The notes: generated from the sequence alone by a model not told the origin. A stretch of DNA of 64,000 bases from an uncultured Fidelibacterota bacterium (GCA_902578385.1 CACHCR010000005.1:2707-66706); one strand, 5' to 3'. Positions 1-11,366 are shown, counted from the stretch's first letter. Made by a program: numbers and translations.

Positions 1-2
1 TC

Positions 3-143
3 AAGCATAAGCTTAAAGATTTGAAAAAAAATAAAATCATTGAGCTTATATATAAAAAACCTTTAACACCTTCAGATGATGAAATTTCTGAAAATAAAAG
101 AGCGCGTAGCGCCAAAATGAGAGTAGGAGAAAAAATTGGCTAA
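3..143 (+). CDS. rsmH: 16S rRNA m4C1402 methyltransferase RsmH/MraW, 3' end (partial)
   Basis: Frame 3 translates ...KKPLTPSDDEISENKRARSAKMRVGEKIG*, the RsmH C-terminal NxRxRSAKxR motif; directly upstream of ftsL-ftsI. Confidence 0.92.
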   Translation, partial: KHKLKDLKKNKIIELIYKKPLTPSDDEISENKRARSAKMRVGEKIG

Positions 144-441
144 AAAAAGAAGATTGAGTAAAGCTGATAAGCTAAAAAGAGAAAATATAAAATGGGTTTT
201 CATGTTTGTTTTACTTGTTTTGACAATAGCAGTTTATTTGGCATCATTTATTGAAGCTGACAAAACACAATCAAGCATTGATTTCAATAAGAAAACTTTA
301 GTGAAACTTACCGAAGATTTAAAAGTCAAAAAAAACTCAGTCGAGAGAATGAAAAGAGCTGATGTCATTTCAAAAAAGGCGAAGGAGATTGGCTTAGTTT
401 CAAGTAACCCAGAGACAATTATTATAAAAATAAATGACTAA
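136..441 (+). CDS. ftsL: Cell division protein FtsL-like
   Basis: Basic N-terminus, single TM helix, coiled coil ending A.EIGL; between rsmH and ftsI; TTG start. Confidence 0.75.
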   Translation: MAKKRRLSKADKLKRENIKWVFMFVLLVLTIAVYLASFIEADKTQSSIDFNKKTLVKLTEDLKVKKNSVERMKRADVISKKAKEIGLVSSNPETIIIKIND

Positions 442-2350
442 AAACTATATAAAATTTAAAAATAGAATAATTTTCATTCATATTGCAATTATGTTTGTAT
501 GGATAGGGTTTGCATTCAGATTATTTAATATTCAAATAATAAATAAAATGGATAATCCTCAAGGAATTAAACTTGAAACTGTAAAAGGACTTAGAGGAAA
601 TTTTTATGATGTTAATGGTATAAACCTTACTCAAAATCTAACCTTCTATAGGATTGGTGTTCATACAAAAAAAATTACCAATACAGACAATCTTTTAATT
701 GAGTTATCTGATTGTACTGGAACATCTATAGATAGTTATTATGAGAAATTAAATAGTGGAAGAGATTATATTGAGCTTGAAAAGAAAACAAATAGAAATT
801 GCGAGAAACTTCAAAAGAAATATCCGAACGAATTAATAATTAAAAAAAGTTTTAAAAGATATTATCCAGAAGAAAATCTCTTATCTCAAATAATTGGTTT
901 TACAAATATTGATGATTATGGAATATCGGGTTTAGAATTAAAATATAATAAATATTTAGAACCTATAAGCGGTTCAAAGCTTTCTAAAAGAAATGGTCTT
1001 GGAATCAAAATTTCTGATCCAACTCTTTATTCTGAATCTGCAAAGAATGGAGCAAATTTAACTTTAACAATTAATAAAGAATATCAAGCAATTTTAAGAG
1101 ACGAATTAATTACTCAAATGGAAAATGTCGGGGCAACTGCTTCAATGGGATTAATACTGAATCCCCAAACGGGCGCAATATTATCAATGGTAAATCTACC
1201 TGATTATAATCCTAATTTTCCTGGCGATTATGATGTGGAATTACATAAGAACAAAATTGTCACTGATTTAATTGAACCGGGTTCAACATTTAAAATTGTT
1301 ACAATGGCTGCTGCACTTGAAAATAACATCGAATTAACTGATGAATATAATGTTGAAGGGCCATATAATTTTCATAATATCAAAATGATTGAAGATTCTG
1401 AGCCACATTCAGTCTTAAATGTCAAAGAAATTCTTGCTTATTCAAGTAATATAGGAACTATTAAAATAGCTGAATCGCTTGGAAAAAAGAGTATTTATAA
1501 TCAAGCTCGAGAGTTTGGATTTGGAGTAAAAACAGGTTTTGACCCATCTACAGAAGCCGTTGGAATTTTTAGAGATCCTTCCAAATGGAGTTTATCTTCA
1601 ATGTATAGTATACCAATGGGATATGAGATTTCTTCAACTCCTTTACAAATTGCTATGGCTTATGCTTCTATTGCAAATGGAGGTTTTCTTCTGAAACCTT
1701 ATATCGTAGAAAAGATTGAAAAGCATGATGATACTATAATTAAAAATCAAAGAAATACTAAAAAAAGAGTTTTATCTCAATCAAATGCAGAAAAATTAAA
1801 ATCCATGCTTTCACATACTGTAAATCAAGGTAGTGGAAAGTCAGCTGCTATAAGAGGATGGAATGTAGCAGGTAAAACTGGGACTTCAAAAAAACTTATA
1901 AACGGACAATATTCTGAAAATGAATTCATTTCAAGTTTTGTTGGATTCTTTCCATCAGAAAATCCTCAACTTTTATGTTTAATCATTTTAGATAGTCCAG
2001 ATGCGTCAAGAAATTTACATTGGGGCTCAATGTCGGCAGCTCCTGTTTTTAAATCAGTAATGGACAGAGTGATAAACATTGATGATTCGATTTCAGTTTC
2101 AAGAAAATCAAAAAATAAGATTAAGAATGAACCAGTTTTAATCCAGAATAATATTGAAAGAATAATTGAGTATGTTGAAATGCCAGATTTATATGGAAAA
2201 ACAGTTAGAGAAGCATTTTCTGAACTTAAAAAAATTGGAATCAGACCTCAGATAAGTGGAAGAGGTTTGATTATTAGTCAAAGTATAGACCCAGGTAAAA
2301 AAATAGAAAAAAAATCAATCTGTATACTTAAAGCAGAAATACAAGAATAA
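434..2350 (+). CDS. ftsI: Septal transpeptidase PBP3/FtsI with C-terminal PASTA domain
   Basis: EPGSTFK (SxxK), SSN, KTG motifs; PASTA-like MPDLYGKTVREA. Confidence 0.93.
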   Translation: MTKNYIKFKNRIIFIHIAIMFVWIGFAFRLFNIQIINKMDNPQGIKLETVKGLRGNFYDVNGINLTQNLTFYRIGVHTKKITNTDNLLIELSDCTGTSIDSYYEKLNSGRDYIELEKKTNRNCEKLQKKYPNELIIKKSFKRYYPEENLLSQIIGFTNIDDYGISGLELKYNKYLEPISGSKLSKRNGLGIKISDPTLYSESAKNGANLTLTINKEYQAILRDELITQMENVGATASMGLILNPQTGAILSMVNLPDYNPNFPGDYDVELHKNKIVTDLIEPGSTFKIVTMAAALENNIELTDEYNVEGPYNFHNIKMIEDSEPHSVLNVKEILAYSSNIGTIKIAESLGKKSIYNQAREFGFGVKTGFDPSTEAVGIFRDPSKWSLSSMYSIPMGYEISSTPLQIAMAYASIANGGFLLKPYIVEKIEKHDDTIIKNQRNTKKRVLSQSNAEKLKSMLSHTVNQGSGKSAAIRGWNVAGKTGTSKKLINGQYSENEFISSFVGFFPSENPQLLCLIILDSPDASRNLHWGSMSAAPVFKSVMDRVINIDDSISVSRKSKNKIKNEPVLIQNNIERIIEYVEMPDLYGKTVREAFSELKKIGIRPQISGRGLIISQSIDPGKKIEKKSICILKAEIQE

Positions 2351-2360
2351 GGAGATAGTT

Positions 2361-3551
2361 ATGTTATTTGAATTTGATGAATTTTCAACGCAAAAAGCAA
2401 GAATCAAGGTTTTAGGAGTTGGAGGCGCAGGAGGAAATGCGATTAACAGAATGATTACATCAGGAATGGAAGGTGTAGAGTTTATTGCTATAAATACTGA
2501 TGCTCAAGACCTTGATAGTAATCCAGCAGAGACTAAGATTCAAATTGGAAAAGATTTAACCAAAGGTTTAGGAGCTGGCGCAAAACCTGAAATTGGAAGA
2601 AAAGCAATAATGCATGACAAAGAAGCAGTTTCATCATTAGTTGCAGGTTCAGACTTAGTGTTTGTTACAGCTGGAATGGGTGGAGGTACTGGTACGGGCG
2701 CAGCTCCAGTTGTAGCTAAGATTTGTAAAGAGCTTGGGATTTTAACCGTTTGTATTGTAACCCTACCATTTAATTTTGAAGGTCCAAAGAAAATGTCAGC
2801 GGCAATGAAAGGAATCTCAACAATGAGGAACTTTTGTGACACTTTAATTGTAATACCTAATGAAAAATTATTATCAGTGATTGATTATAATACAACTCTT
2901 GAAGAAGGATTTTCAGAGTCTGATTCTGTTCTATTGCAGGCTGCTCAAAGCATCTCTGATTTAATTAATAAGCAAGGAAATGTAAATATTGACTTTGCTG
3001 ATGTAGAAACAGTTATGAGTGGAATGGGAGATGCAGTTATGGGAACTGGTACTGCTCGTGGTGAAGAAAGAGCTGTTCTTGCAGCACAGCAAGCAATTTG
3101 TAGCCCTCTATTGGACAATCAATCAATTAAAGGGGCAAAAGCTGCTTTGGTTAATGTAACAGGAAATAAAAAAATGACAATGCGAGAAGTTGATGCAGCT
3201 ACTAAACTTATTTATGAAGAAGCTGGTCAGGAAGTTCATTTGATTTTTGGATGTGTTGTAGATGAAAATATGGATGATGAGTTAAAGGTTACTGTAATTG
3301 CTACAGGATTTAATCGTACCCCGATTGAGGATGTTCAATACAAAAAAGAAATTCAAAAGAACGAATTTCACAAAAATACTAACGATTTAATGGAATCTTC
3401 AAATACAACACTTTTTAATCAACGAAATGAAAACACTTTGGAAGAAGAAACTTTGGAAGAAGAAAATGAGGGTCCAACACTAGTTTTTGATGACTTTGAT
3501 CAAAGCGAAGCCTTAGAAGTTCCAGCATACATAAGAAAACAAAATAAATGA
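2361..3551 (+). CDS. ftsZ: Cell division GTPase FtsZ
   Basis: GVGGAGGN, GMGGGTGTG, NIDFADV, C-terminal core LEVPAYIRK; SD AAGGAG upstream. Confidence 0.99.
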   Translation: MLFEFDEFSTQKARIKVLGVGGAGGNAINRMITSGMEGVEFIAINTDAQDLDSNPAETKIQIGKDLTKGLGAGAKPEIGRKAIMHDKEAVSSLVAGSDLVFVTAGMGGGTGTGAAPVVAKICKELGILTVCIVTLPFNFEGPKKMSAAMKGISTMRNFCDTLIVIPNEKLLSVIDYNTTLEEGFSESDSVLLQAAQSISDLINKQGNVNIDFADVETVMSGMGDAVMGTGTARGEERAVLAAQQAICSPLLDNQSIKGAKAALVNVTGNKKMTMREVDAATKLIYEEAGQEVHLIFGCVVDENMDDELKVTVIATGFNRTPIEDVQYKKEIQKNEFHKNTNDLMESSNTTLFNQRNENTLEEETLEEENEGPTLVFDDFDQSEALEVPAYIRKQNK

Positions 3552-4882
3552 AATTTGAAGGAAAAAATGTAGGTATAGTAGGTTTAGGTAAAAGTGGTTA
3601 TTGGGCATCTAAATTAGCAAAAAACTTACACTATAATGTTTTTGTATCTGATACAAATTCTAAAATCGATACATCTATGATTGGTGATTTAGAAAATTTA
3701 GGTGTTGAAATAGAGCTTGGTAAACATACTAATAAGATTTTGAATTCAGATATAATTATTAAATCGCCCGGTATTTCAAATGATATTGAAATATTAAAAA
3801 AAATAAAAGAATCTGATATTCCTATTATTAGCGAGATAGAATTCGCCGGAATGATATCAAATGTTAAAAATATTTGTATTACTGGAACAAATGGTAAAAC
3901 AACTACAGTTTCATTGATTGATCAAATTTTAAAAGAAGATTTAAATGTTTTAAAATCTGGAAATATTGGAATACCTTTCTCTCAAATTGTTCTTGAACAT
4001 AGACTATATGATAAAAATGATATTGATTATTGTATTTTAGAGTTATCAAGTTTTCAGCTTGAACATTGTTCTCATTTAAAAAAAGAGATTTCAGCCTTTA
4101 TTAATATTTCAAATGATCATTTGGATAGATATGAATCTTTTAATGATTACTTCAATACAAAATTAAAAATTTTTGAAAATTCAAAATATTGTTTTTTTAA
4201 TAATGAAGATAAAATTTTAAAAGAAAAAATTAAAAATGACAATATCGATAAAGAACCATTTTCAACTCAAGAAGATAAAGGAAATTTCTTTTTTGAAAAT
4301 AATAAAATATTTTCTAATGATAGAAGTATTTCAATAAACATAGATGAGATTTCAATAAAAGGTATTCATAATATTTCTAATATAATGATTGCAGCTGAAA
4401 TAGCTCATAAGGTTGGTATTAAGAAAGAAAATATTTTCAAAGCTATAAAGAATTTTAAAGGATTAGAACATCGATTTGAATTTCTTAAATCATTTAATAG
4501 CATAGATTATATAAATGACTCAAAGTCGACAAATGTTGACTCAACAGTTAAAGCCTTAAAATCAATCACGAAAAAAGTAGTTTTAATACTTGGCGGTATT
4601 CCTAAAGAAAATGATTTTAATGAGATTCTTTTATATAAAAGTAAAATCTTAAAAATAGTTGTATATGGTGAAGCAAAGGACATGATTTATGATTCACTAT
4701 CTCAAGAGGTCGAAGTTCTAAAAATTCATTCATTTGATGATGCAGTTCATTTAGCAATAAAGAATGCAATTAAAGATAGCGTTGTTTTGCTTTCACCTGG
4801 CTGTGCAAGCTTTGATCAATTTAATAATTATGAAGAGAGAGGAATTAAGTATAAAAATATTATTGAAAGGTTTTATGCATGA
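3548..4882 (+). CDS. murD: UDP-MurNAc-L-Ala:D-Glu ligase
   Basis: GLGKSG, ITGTNGKTT, ELSSFQL, NDSKSTN, LSPGCASFDQF. Confidence 0.97.
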   Translation: MKFEGKNVGIVGLGKSGYWASKLAKNLHYNVFVSDTNSKIDTSMIGDLENLGVEIELGKHTNKILNSDIIIKSPGISNDIEILKKIKESDIPIISEIEFAGMISNVKNICITGTNGKTTTVSLIDQILKEDLNVLKSGNIGIPFSQIVLEHRLYDKNDIDYCILELSSFQLEHCSHLKKEISAFINISNDHLDRYESFNDYFNTKLKIFENSKYCFFNNEDKILKEKIKNDNIDKEPFSTQEDKGNFFFENNKIFSNDRSISINIDEISIKGIHNISNIMIAAEIAHKVGIKKENIFKAIKNFKGLEHRFEFLKSFNSIDYINDSKSTNVDSTVKALKSITKKVVLILGGIPKENDFNEILLYKSKILKIVVYGEAKDMIYDSLSQEVEVLKIHSFDDAVHLAIKNAIKDSVVLLSPGCASFDQFNNYEERGIKYKNIIERFYA

Positions 4883-6012
4883 ATATTAAGGAGCAAGGTC
4901 AAGATAGATTTTTATTTATGGCTGTTATAGCATTGATTTCATTTGGTTTATTTATGCTTTTTAGTGCTAGTTGGGTTAAATCATTAGAAATTACTGGAGG
5001 AGAATCTAGAACATACTTTCTAGTCAGTCAAATGATCAAACTAATACCGGCATTTTTTATATTTATATTATTAACAAAAATTAATTATAGAAGATTACAG
5101 TTTTTCTCCCCTTATTTATTATTCATTTCATTTCTTTTGCTAGTATATACTAGGTTGCAAGGATGTGATGGAGATTCCTGTAGGTGGTTATCTATTGGAC
5201 CTATTTCTTTCCAAACCTCTGATATTGCTAGATTTTCAATGATACTATTTTTAGCAAGTTATATTGATAATAATTATAAGTATATGCAGCAATTTGTTAA
5301 AGGTATTGTAATCCCTCTTTTAATAATCTCTCCTATAGCATTTATGATAATCATTCAACCTGATAATTCAACCACTCTTATTCTTTTAATGATTGCCTTT
5401 ACATTATTATTTGTCGGTGGTGCATCTTTAATTCAGCTTGCAACAATTGGAGTATTATCCGTTAGTACTATTGGTATTTTTATTTTAAATGAAAAAAATT
5501 ATGCTTTAGGAAGAATTTTGTCATTTATAGATCCTTCAAGTTCTGCTTCAATAGGTTACCAATCAAATCAGGCTTTGATAGGTTTAAAGCAAGGAGGATT
5601 GACAGGAATGGGTATAGGTGAAAGTATACAAAAGTATTCCTATTTACCAGAAACACATACGGACTTTATCTTTGCAATAATTGGAGAAGAGATGGGTTTC
5701 ATTACCGGAAGTATTTTAATGCTCGTTTATTATATAATATTTTATAGAGCTGTACAAATTTCTAAAAAATCAAATGATATTTTTGGAATTATATTATCTA
5801 TCGGGTTCGGTTTAAGTATAACAATATATGCTTTTATAAATATCGGAGTTGTTATTGGTATTATTCCAGTCACTGGCGTTCCTTTGCCATTTATAAGTTA
5901 TGGAGGTTCATCGTTAATCATAAACTTAATGATGGTTGCAATTCTTCTGAATATAAGTAAGGCCCAAAGAAAGCTTAATGTGAAAAGATGGAGATTAAGA
6001 GTAAATGCATAA
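4879..6012 (+). CDS. ftsW: SEDS peptidoglycan polymerase FtsW
   Basis: Multi-TM; QPD, YLPETHTDFIFAIIGEE, TGVPLPFISYGGSS. Confidence 0.95.
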   Translation: MNIKEQGQDRFLFMAVIALISFGLFMLFSASWVKSLEITGGESRTYFLVSQMIKLIPAFFIFILLTKINYRRLQFFSPYLLFISFLLLVYTRLQGCDGDSCRWLSIGPISFQTSDIARFSMILFLASYIDNNYKYMQQFVKGIVIPLLIISPIAFMIIIQPDNSTTLILLMIAFTLLFVGGASLIQLATIGVLSVSTIGIFILNEKNYALGRILSFIDPSSSASIGYQSNQALIGLKQGGLTGMGIGESIQKYSYLPETHTDFIFAIIGEEMGFITGSILMLVYYIIFYRAVQISKKSNDIFGIILSIGFGLSITIYAFINIGVVIGIIPVTGVPLPFISYGGSSLIINLMMVAILLNISKAQRKLNVKRWRLRVNA

Positions 6013-7087
6013 GCAAAATATACTTTTATGCGGAGGAGGTACTGGAGGACATTATTATCCCTTAATGGCTATAAAAAAAGACTTAGAATTAAAATCTGAT
6101 TTTAAGTTTTTATATGTTGGGGCAAAAAAAGGAATAGAAAATTCAAAAATAAAAAACGAAAGAATTGATTATAAGCTTGTTTCAATATCTGGCATTCAAA
6201 GAAAAATTTCAATTAGCTCAATTTTTAATAATACTAAAGTTTTTGTCAATATTTTGATTGGATTTTTTATTGTAGCACTTTTTTTCAAAAAACATAGACC
6301 TAAGCTTGTAATATCAACGGGAGGATATTCATCATTTTTACCTTTGCAAGTTGCAAGACTTTTTAATATACCGTACGTCATTCATGAACAGAATTCCTAT
6401 CCAGGTATTGTAACAAAAATGTTTGCTTCAAATGCTAAAGGAGTATTTTTAGGATTTCAAAATGCTGAAAAATACTTAAAAAATGCAAAAACAATTTTTA
6501 CAGGAAATCCTGTCTTGATTTCTGACTCAAAAGCAGTGCATTTAAATTTTAAAAATGATTTAAAAACCCTATTGGTTTTTGGCGGAAGTCAAGGATCTCA
6601 ATTTCTTAATAAAAAAATTGTGAATTTATTGAAAAATAAAAATCTAGAATTTTTAAATATTATCTGGATTGTTGGTAAAAAAAATTATCAATCATTAAAA
6701 CATTTACAAAATGATAATGTAATAATTTATGATTATTGTAATCAAATGTCTTCAATGTATAACGCAGTAGATATGGTTGTATCAAGATCTGGAGCAATGA
6801 CAATTGCTGAACTAATTAAGTTTAAAAAACCATCTATCCTTGTTCCTTTTAAGTTTTCATCTGAAAACCATCAACATTATAATGCTAAATTTCTTCAAGA
6901 TAGTTTATGCTCAAGCTTAATCGAAGAAGATTCTTTTGATAAAGAAACTTTTATTAATACCCTTAAAAATATGTGTGAAAATGAAAGAATTTTAGATTCC
7001 ATGAAAGATAATTTTAATAATATTTTAATACCAGATTCTTTAAATATGATTTCAAATTTCATTTTGGAGGAAAGATATGCTCTATAG
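6005..7087 (+). CDS. murG: MurG GlcNAc transferase
   Basis: GGGTGGH, HEQN, GNP, GGSQGS, SRSGA. Confidence 0.97.
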   Translation: MHKQNILLCGGGTGGHYYPLMAIKKDLELKSDFKFLYVGAKKGIENSKIKNERIDYKLVSISGIQRKISISSIFNNTKVFVNILIGFFIVALFFKKHRPKLVISTGGYSSFLPLQVARLFNIPYVIHEQNSYPGIVTKMFASNAKGVFLGFQNAEKYLKNAKTIFTGNPVLISDSKAVHLNFKNDLKTLLVFGGSQGSQFLNKKIVNLLKNKNLEFLNIIWIVGKKNYQSLKHLQNDNVIIYDYCNQMSSMYNAVDMVVSRSGAMTIAELIKFKKPSILVPFKFSSENHQHYNAKFLQDSLCSSLIEEDSFDKETFINTLKNMCENERILDSMKDNFNNILIPDSLNMISNFILEERYAL

Positions 7088-8444
7088 CGTTAAGAAAGTT
7101 CATCTAATAGGAATTGGTGGTATTGGTATGAGCGGCATAGCTGAGCTTCTATCAAATAAAGATTTTATAGTTACAGGATCTGATATTTCTGATTCTCCTA
7201 ATGTTCAAAGGTTAAAAAGTCTTGGAATAAAAATTACAATTGGACATGATAAAAATAATATTTCTGATTCTGAGCTTATAATTTATTCTGATGCAATACC
7301 GGATGATAATGTTGAGCTTAAAGAAGCTATTTCCAAAAATTTATTAATTTACTCTAGAGCTAAAATGATATCAGAAATAGCGAAGTTAAATAATTCAACT
7401 GTTGCTATTGCTGGAACTCATGGTAAAACAACTACCACTTCGATGGTTGGGAGTATATTAAAAAATTTGAATTTAGATCCAACTATAATTGTAGGAGGAG
7501 TTGTTAAGTCTCTTGATTCAAATTCAGTATTAGGAAGTGGGGATACATTTGTTGTTGAAGCAGATGAGTATAATAAAAGCTTGCTTCATTTGAATCCTAC
7601 AATTGCAGTTATAAATAATATTGATTTTGAACATATTGAATGTTACAAGGATCTGGATGATTTAAAAAAAACGTTTATACAATTCGCAAATTCTGTTCCT
7701 TTCTACGGGAAGGTCTCGGTCTGTTTGGATTCAGAAAATATAAAATCTATTATCAAAAAAATTGATAAGCCTTTAATTACTTATGGGATTGAAAATTCAG
7801 ATGTAGATATTAAAGCAGAGAATATTCAACAAAAAGATGGAAAAACAACTTTTAATATCATAATCAATAATCAAGTATTCAAAGTTAATTTATCAGTTCC
7901 AGGAAAATATAATGTATATAACGCACTTGCTGCAATTTCAGTTTGCTTTATAATGGGGATTGATATTAGTAGTGCATGCAAAGCTTTAAGTGGTTTTAGT
8001 GGAGTTAAGAGAAGATTTGACATCAAATCAAAAAATAATGTTATGATTGTTGATGATTATGCACATCATCCTGTTGAAGTTTTTAGCGTGATTAATGCAG
8101 TTAAGGATAATTGGAATAAAAAATTAACTGTTATTTTTCAACCCCATCTTTTTTCAAGAACTAAGGAATTTTATAAAGACTTCGCAAAATCTTTGATGAA
8201 AGCTGACAATGTTATGATTACTGAAATTTTTGCATCAAGAGAAAAAGATGATAATTCTATAACCTCTCAATTGATTGTAGATGAAATGATCAAATTAAAG
8301 CATCCAAATGTATCTTTTGTTCCACAAGCTGATATAGTTGATAAAGTAAAATCATTAGCAACAAACGAAGATATATTTTTAACAGTAGGTGCTGGAAATA
8401 TTTGGAGATATTCAGAGGAATTAGGAAAGTATTTTAATGATTAA
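7077..8444 (+). CDS. murC: UDP-MurNAc:L-Ala ligase
   Basis: GIGGIGMSG, GTHGKTTT, EADE, DDYAHHP, FQPH. Confidence 0.98.
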   Translation: MLYSVKKVHLIGIGGIGMSGIAELLSNKDFIVTGSDISDSPNVQRLKSLGIKITIGHDKNNISDSELIIYSDAIPDDNVELKEAISKNLLIYSRAKMISEIAKLNNSTVAIAGTHGKTTTTSMVGSILKNLNLDPTIIVGGVVKSLDSNSVLGSGDTFVVEADEYNKSLLHLNPTIAVINNIDFEHIECYKDLDDLKKTFIQFANSVPFYGKVSVCLDSENIKSIIKKIDKPLITYGIENSDVDIKAENIQQKDGKTTFNIIINNQVFKVNLSVPGKYNVYNALAAISVCFIMGIDISSACKALSGFSGVKRRFDIKSKNNVMIVDDYAHHPVEVFSVINAVKDNWNKKLTVIFQPHLFSRTKEFYKDFAKSLMKADNVMITEIFASREKDDNSITSQLIVDEMIKLKHPNVSFVPQADIVDKVKSLATNEDIFLTVGAGNIWRYSEELGKYFND

Positions 8445-9366
8445 AAATATTGTTAATAAGATTAATAGTAAAACATCCTCATTATGCTTGATTGATGAGC
8501 CACTAAAGAAGCATACTACTTATGGTATTGGTGGTCCAGCAGAGTTAATGATTTTTCCTAAAAATAAAAAAGATTTAATTAATGCTATTCAGATAATAAA
8601 TGATAATAAAATGGAATTAACTATTCTTGGATCAGGCTCAAATGTTCTTATCAGTGATAATGGAATTAAAGGTGCAGTAATTTCACTTAAAAATACGCTA
8701 AAAAATATTGAAGTAAGTGGAAACAACCTTTACGCTGAATGTGGAGCTATGCTAGGGAGGATAGTAAAATTAGCTGTTAAAAATAATTTAATTGGTTTAG
8801 AGAATCTTAATGGAGTTCCAGGTACTTTAGGTGGTGCGTTAATAATGAATGCTGGAGCGTGGGGTGGTGAAATTTCAGAAAATTTAGTATGTGTTGAACT
8901 TATTAATTCAAAAAATGAGCTTAAAAAAATACCAAAGAATGAAATAGATTTTTCATATAGAAAATCATCTTTTACTAAAAATGATATATTATTATCAGCT
9001 GACTTTAATCTTAAAAAAGCTAAGGATGATATAATTAGTGAAAACTTTGTAAAAGCACAAACTGGTAGAAAAAATTCTCAACCTCTAAATAAAAGATCTG
9101 CTGGTAGTTTATTTAAAAATCCAAAAAATAATTCTGCAGGAAAGCTCATTGATGAGGCAGGTCTTAAAGGTTATAGCATTGGAGATGCAAAAATTTCTGA
9201 AAAACATGCTAACTTTTTTATCAATGATGGAAAAGCATCTTCTAATGATATGCTCAAACTAATAAAAAAAGCACACGACACGGTTAAAGAGCAATTTTCT
9301 ATAAAACTCGAGCTTGAAGTAAAGTTGATGGGCTTTAATGAAAATGAAATTGAGGGATTATGTTAA
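8437..9366 (+). CDS. murB: UDP-N-acetylenolpyruvoylglucosamine reductase
   Basis: LGSGSN, PGTLGGALIMNAGA, SAGSLFKNP, HANFFIN. Confidence 0.97.
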   Translation: MIKNIVNKINSKTSSLCLIDEPLKKHTTYGIGGPAELMIFPKNKKDLINAIQIINDNKMELTILGSGSNVLISDNGIKGAVISLKNTLKNIEVSGNNLYAECGAMLGRIVKLAVKNNLIGLENLNGVPGTLGGALIMNAGAWGGEISENLVCVELINSKNELKKIPKNEIDFSYRKSSFTKNDILLSADFNLKKAKDDIISENFVKAQTGRKNSQPLNKRSAGSLFKNPKNNSAGKLIDEAGLKGYSIGDAKISEKHANFFINDGKASSNDMLKLIKKAHDTVKEQFSIKLELEVKLMGFNENEIEGLC

Positions 9367-10103
9367 AGCAATTTTATATATCGACTCTAAATTTTATAAT
9401 ATTTGTTGTTTTAATTATAGGTTTGTGTTTATTGTCTTTAAGCTGGGCAAATTTTAAGAAAATTTATCAAGTTGGAGAGATTAATATTTATGGAGCAAAT
9501 TTTTTTGATAGATCAATTATTGAAGAAAAAAGTTCAATCTTAAAATCAAGTAACATTTTAAATAATAATTTAAAAAATCATAAAATTGAAATATTACAAT
9601 TTGACCATATAGTTGATTGTAAAATTTCAAGACAATTTCCGTCAACAATTAATATAACTATTTATGAGAGAGAGCCAATAGCTCTAATTAGTAGCGATGA
9701 ACTAATTATTTTAGATTCTAATGGAATATGTTTACCTGTTGAACATTGTGATTTATCGTTACCCATCTTAACTAACTTCAAAACAAATCCTGAGTTATAT
9801 CCAAAGGGTTCAAAAACAGCATCAACAAATGTAATGAGTTCCGTTGCATTGATGAAGTTTACTAAGGATAGTCATCCAATAATCTATGATGAAATTTCAG
9901 AATTTGTTTTTAACGAAAATAGCGAATATGAAATAATTTTAAAAAATGGTAAAACGAGAATACTCCTTGGATCAAATATGCTTTCACGAAAGATAAAGTA
10001 TTTAGATTCATTTCAAAAGACCATTAAAGATAATAAACAAATTACGGATTTTAAATACATTGATTTAAGGTTTGATAATCAAGTAATAGTTAAAGAAGCA
10101 TAA
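9360..10103 (+). CDS. ftsQ: Cell division protein FtsQ/DivIB
   Basis: N-terminal TM, POTRA-like region ending RQFPSTINITIYEREP, C-terminal YIDLRFDNQVIV. Confidence 0.9.
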   Translation: MLKQFYISTLNFIIFVVLIIGLCLLSLSWANFKKIYQVGEINIYGANFFDRSIIEEKSSILKSSNILNNNLKNHKIEILQFDHIVDCKISRQFPSTINITIYEREPIALISSDELIILDSNGICLPVEHCDLSLPILTNFKTNPELYPKGSKTASTNVMSSVALMKFTKDSHPIIYDEISEFVFNENSEYEIILKNGKTRILLGSNMLSRKIKYLDSFQKTIKDNKQITDFKYIDLRFDNQVIVKEA

Positions 10104-11344
10104 TGAGAAATAAGATACAAATTGCATTTGATTTAGGATCATACAGTATTAAAAGTGCTGTTGGAAGAATTTTACCAGATGGAAAAATAGAAATTCTATC
10201 AATAGCGGAGATTCAAAGTGATAGTATTGATTGTGGTGACATAATTGACAAGGATTTATTGCTTTCTCATCTTGAAATATTAATTGAAAAAATGGAAAAA
10301 GATGCAAAAATAAATATTGATGAAGATGCTTGGGTTTCTGTTTCAGGTAGAGGAATTAAGTCCATCAATTCATCTACTCGAATTAGATCAAGGGAAAATA
10401 CAGATTTTGAAATTGACGACGAGATTAAACAAAAACTTCTCAACCAATGTTCTGACGTACAAGTTTCTTCTGACAGGTATGTTTTGCATAATATTGAACA
10501 AGGATATTACATAGGTAGTTCTCCGCTAATAAGAAACCCTGTTGGAATGGTAGGTAAATCTATTGATGCAAAAACTCATGTAATACATGTAAGAAATTTT
10601 AATCTTACACAATTGGATCATTGCTTTAATGAAGACTTGAGTATTGAACCATTTCCAGTATTTGATGGATATGCTGCATCATCATCAAATTTAACTCATG
10701 ATGAGAAAGATCTTGGAGTTATTTTTATTGATATAGGCTCAGATAAAACTAATATATTATTTTTTAAAGATAACTATTTGATTCATTCAAAAGTAATACC
10801 AATGGGATCTAAGTATGTTACTAAAGATATTGCAGCATATCTTCAAACATCAATTAAAGAAGCTGAAAGAGTAAAAATAGAAAATGTATCTGCTTTTGCT
10901 GATTTTGCAGATGAAGAAAATATTTTTGAAATAGAAATTCCAAATGATGATTTAAAGAAAAATGTAAATGAGAAGGAGATTTCAAAAATAGTGGAATTAA
11001 GATTTGAAGATGTTATAGATCAGGTACTTATTCAAGTAAAAAGTATTGGAAAATCAGTTACTGATTTTAAATCTGGAATCAAAATTTCTGGCGGAGGATC
11101 AAAAATTAGAAATCTAGATTTATTATTTAAAAAGCACTTTGCAGATGTTCCAATAGATTTTATGAAATTAAATAATATTGTTTATAAGGAAAATTTAGAG
11201 GATAAAAGAGAGCTAATTACTTTAATAGGTTTGTTAGCTTGGCCAATATTTAATGTAGAGGATAAATCTTCTTCATTACAATTAAAAGATATAGGCAGTT
11301 TAAGAAAAAGTATATCATCTCTATGGAAGGGTATTTTTGAATAA
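10103..11344 (+). CDS. ftsA: Cell division protein FtsA (divergent)
   Basis: DLGSYSIK, NPVGMVG, DEKDLGVIFIDIG, AERVK, SGGGS, C-terminal amphipathic ISSLWKGIFE. Confidence 0.92.
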   Translation: MRNKIQIAFDLGSYSIKSAVGRILPDGKIEILSIAEIQSDSIDCGDIIDKDLLLSHLEILIEKMEKDAKINIDEDAWVSVSGRGIKSINSSTRIRSRENTDFEIDDEIKQKLLNQCSDVQVSSDRYVLHNIEQGYYIGSSPLIRNPVGMVGKSIDAKTHVIHVRNFNLTQLDHCFNEDLSIEPFPVFDGYAASSSNLTHDEKDLGVIFIDIGSDKTNILFFKDNYLIHSKVIPMGSKYVTKDIAAYLQTSIKEAERVKIENVSAFADFADEENIFEIEIPNDDLKKNVNEKEISKIVELRFEDVIDQVLIQVKSIGKSVTDFKSGIKISGGGSKIRNLDLLFKKHFADVPIDFMKLNNIVYKENLEDKRELITLIGLLAWPIFNVEDKSSSLQLKDIGSLRKSISSLWKGIFE

Positions 11345-11366
11345 TTTTGGTTGGCTACCATAAAGA